Notes under the pieces: generated by a model
Told to the model about the DNA's origin: nothing
Seen by the model: only the letters and a program-made list of their open reading frames with translations
Database searches by the model: none
Made by a program: the position numbers and the translations under genes
Shown: piece after piece, positions 62,016 through 64,000 of the stretch
How positions within the stretch are numbered: position 1 is the stretch's first letter
Layout of the letters: each line of letters opens with the position of its first letter
Assembly (NCBI RefSeq): GCF_036365525.1
Contig: NC_090409.1
Coordinates: forward strand, 39,194,437 to 39,258,436
Source: Heterodontus francisci
Taxonomy: Eukaryota
Length of the DNA: 64,000 nt
Direction: 5' to 3'

Positions 62016-62348
62016 GTTACCCGTCTGTCCCAGTTTCTGGGTTCCTTGGGGAGCAGGTTGTGCTGCCCTGTATCTACAAAGGGAATGTCCCAGTCTCTGA
62101 ATTACAGGTAATTTGGTGGATATTCAATCGTGGAATTTTACACAAATTTATCGATGGGAACGATGATTTAACACAACAAGACCCATGGTTCAGAAACAGA
62201 ACAAACCTGTTCAAAGATCAACTGGAACAAGACAACTGGTCAATTATGATCTCTGACCTCAGGCAGTCAGACCAGAATGAGTATCAGTGTGAGATTCAAC
62301 AGAGGGAGACTCCAGTCTTTCATCAAGATATTCATCTCTTTGTAACAA
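62016..62348 (+). CDS. Gene C exon 3, IgV domain (B7/BTN/CD276-like)
   Basis: 333 nt, phase 1-1, canonical residues; donor aa|gtgaga is weaker than in the paralogs. Confidence 0.9.
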
Positions 62349-63060
62349 GTGAGAGGTTTCTGTTTCAGGTATTCTGCATTTACTCTCCGATTTTATGGGT
62401 ACGGTAGTGCAGTGGTTATGTTACTAGACTAGTAATCCAGAGGCCTGGTCTAATAATCCAGAGAATGTGAGTTCAAATCCCACCATGGCAATTTCAGAAT
62501 TTAAATTCAGTTTAAAATAAATCTGGAAATATAAAGTTGGTCCCAATAAAAGTGACCATGAAGCTGTTGGATTGTTGTAAAACCCAACTGGTTCACTAAT
62601 GTCCCTCGAGGGAAGGAAACCTGCCGTCCTTACCCGGTCTGGTCTATATGTGACTCCTGTCCCACATTAACCTGGTTGCCTTTTAACTGCCCTCTGAAGT
62701 GGCCGAGCAGGTCAATCAGTTTGTATCAAACTACTGGAAAGAAAAACAAGTATAAAACTGAACGGACCACTGGCTGTGACCCAGGAATCGAATCAGGACA
62801 CAGCAAAGGCAAACCCACGGTGCTATCAAGCTGCTCTCACTCTCCAGAAATGTGCTACATCTGTCTCCAGATGTTGGGGTGCAGGAAGTGGGGCCCATAG
62901 CACCATTTTTCACTCTGCCGACCCTGTTCCTGATCCTTCCTGATCAGTTTTCCCGAGTCTCGTTCCTCCCATGATGTGTTTACCCACAGCCCTATAGAGT
63001 CTTTGAACATTTCTACAGTTTGTTTCACACACAATACTAAACACATGATGTTTTCTTTAG

Positions 63061-63099
63061 AGCGAGCTCGTACACCGGTACCGGACACACCTGTACCAG
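63061..63099 (+). CDS. Gene C exon 4, linker: (K)RARTPVPDTPVP
   Basis: ttttctttag acceptor and gtaaat donor. Confidence 0.75.
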
Positions 63100-63317
63100 G
63101 TAAATCTGTTTCTAAACTACTGCATGTGCTTTTAGCTCTTGTGGTGTACAGTCAGGTGGGAGTGACCCCAGGAGTCCTCAGTATTAAGTCAATGAGGAGT
63201 AATATTGATACACGTATAAACCGTGTTCCACCCAATCCCATGGTTCTCCAAACCGACAAATTATTTTAAAATTCCCGCTCCATTTCAGCGAGCTGTTGGG
63301 CTTAATTGAAGGGAGGC

Positions 63318-64000
63318 TGTGTGGAAGTGAGCAGAAAGGCATGGCACAATGCTTAATGGGAAATATAGCCAAGTTAGGAATAGTAGCTTTGCTGAGCTTT
63401 GATTTTAAGTAGCAGAAACCACAATGAAATAGTTAAAAGTAAAGGCAGAGCGTGTGAGACTGTAAAGACTAGCCGACACTGGTAATTGCAAGGACATCTG
63501 TTCTTTATGGCCTGATTGTGTGACTCCCTGTGGTTTGGAACAAATGGACTCCTGTGAATCAAATGATGTCCATCCCTGTGTGAGTGATAAGGAGTGATAG
63601 GCCCCTCTTATCTTCGTGAGCTGCCACTACTTGATGTTTCTGCAGACTGAACGAAACACTCAGGAATGTAAACCTAATAGAGATAGCAGGATGCTCCGCA
63701 ATTACTTGTCACAAGGTAGAGACAGACTCATGATCCATGTAGGGAGTGAGACTAGAATGATTATTGATGATTCCTATGCTCTTGCTAATTAGCTTGCTTG
63801 TCCGCTTTCTTTTATCTTGCTGGTACAAAACAATATTTTATTAGTAACAAGTATGTATGGAGAATAGAGTGTATTGTAACCTCAGTAACAGATGTACTGC
63901 ATGTCACCACGTGGGTGAAGTCGAATTGTATCGCACTGATTGGTTAAACAAGGGGGTGTAGCATGAATCTTAATGTATAAACAGTAGTACCTGTATCAAA
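63318..64000. mobile_element. Insertion (possibly an LTR) in the gene C pre-TM intron
   Basis: Homology to 1160-1320 stops abruptly at gggaggc|tgtgtgg; insert begins with TG. Confidence 0.35.

Noticed and set aside
19193-62348. Rearranging Ig/TCR V segments
   Set aside because: Each V exon includes its own G strand and ends in a splice donor; no heptamer-spacer-nonamer seen (cacagtg at 22760 has no nonamer).

Overview
Vertebrate genomic DNA, most likely a shark or other elasmobranch (inferred from the repeat content: Penelope, CR1, V-SINE and Deu-SINE types). The window holds part of a recently duplicated cluster of non-rearranging B7/butyrophilin-like IgV membrane protein genes in alternating orientation. 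Gene A (+) contributes only its TM and tail exons (1579-3013). Gene B (-) is complete, with 7 exons (23642-14906) encoding leader-V-linker-V-TM-tail, 351 aa as I splice it. Gene C (+) has leader-V-linker (60461-63099), with the TM off-window. A/B and B/C lie in large inverted duplications. Paralog differences concentrate in the V-domain CC' and FG loops and in the TM exon, while flanking introns are nearly identical. Between B and C are four extra leader-exon cassettes with no V exon, most carrying an 81-bp intronic VNTR, interleaved with CCAAT/YY1 promoters and CTCF-like motifs. Also present: a 5-kb pol-less endogenous retrovirus (tRNA-Asn PBS, 4-bp TSD, env that looks like a paramyxovirus-F type, i.e. 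lokiretrovirus-like), a Gmr1-type Gypsy remnant, Penelope elements with minimal hammerhead ribozymes, many CR1/SINE fragments, and a 6.8-kb 43-bp satellite whose single-copy progenitor is also in the window. All calls come from manual reading; no searches were run.
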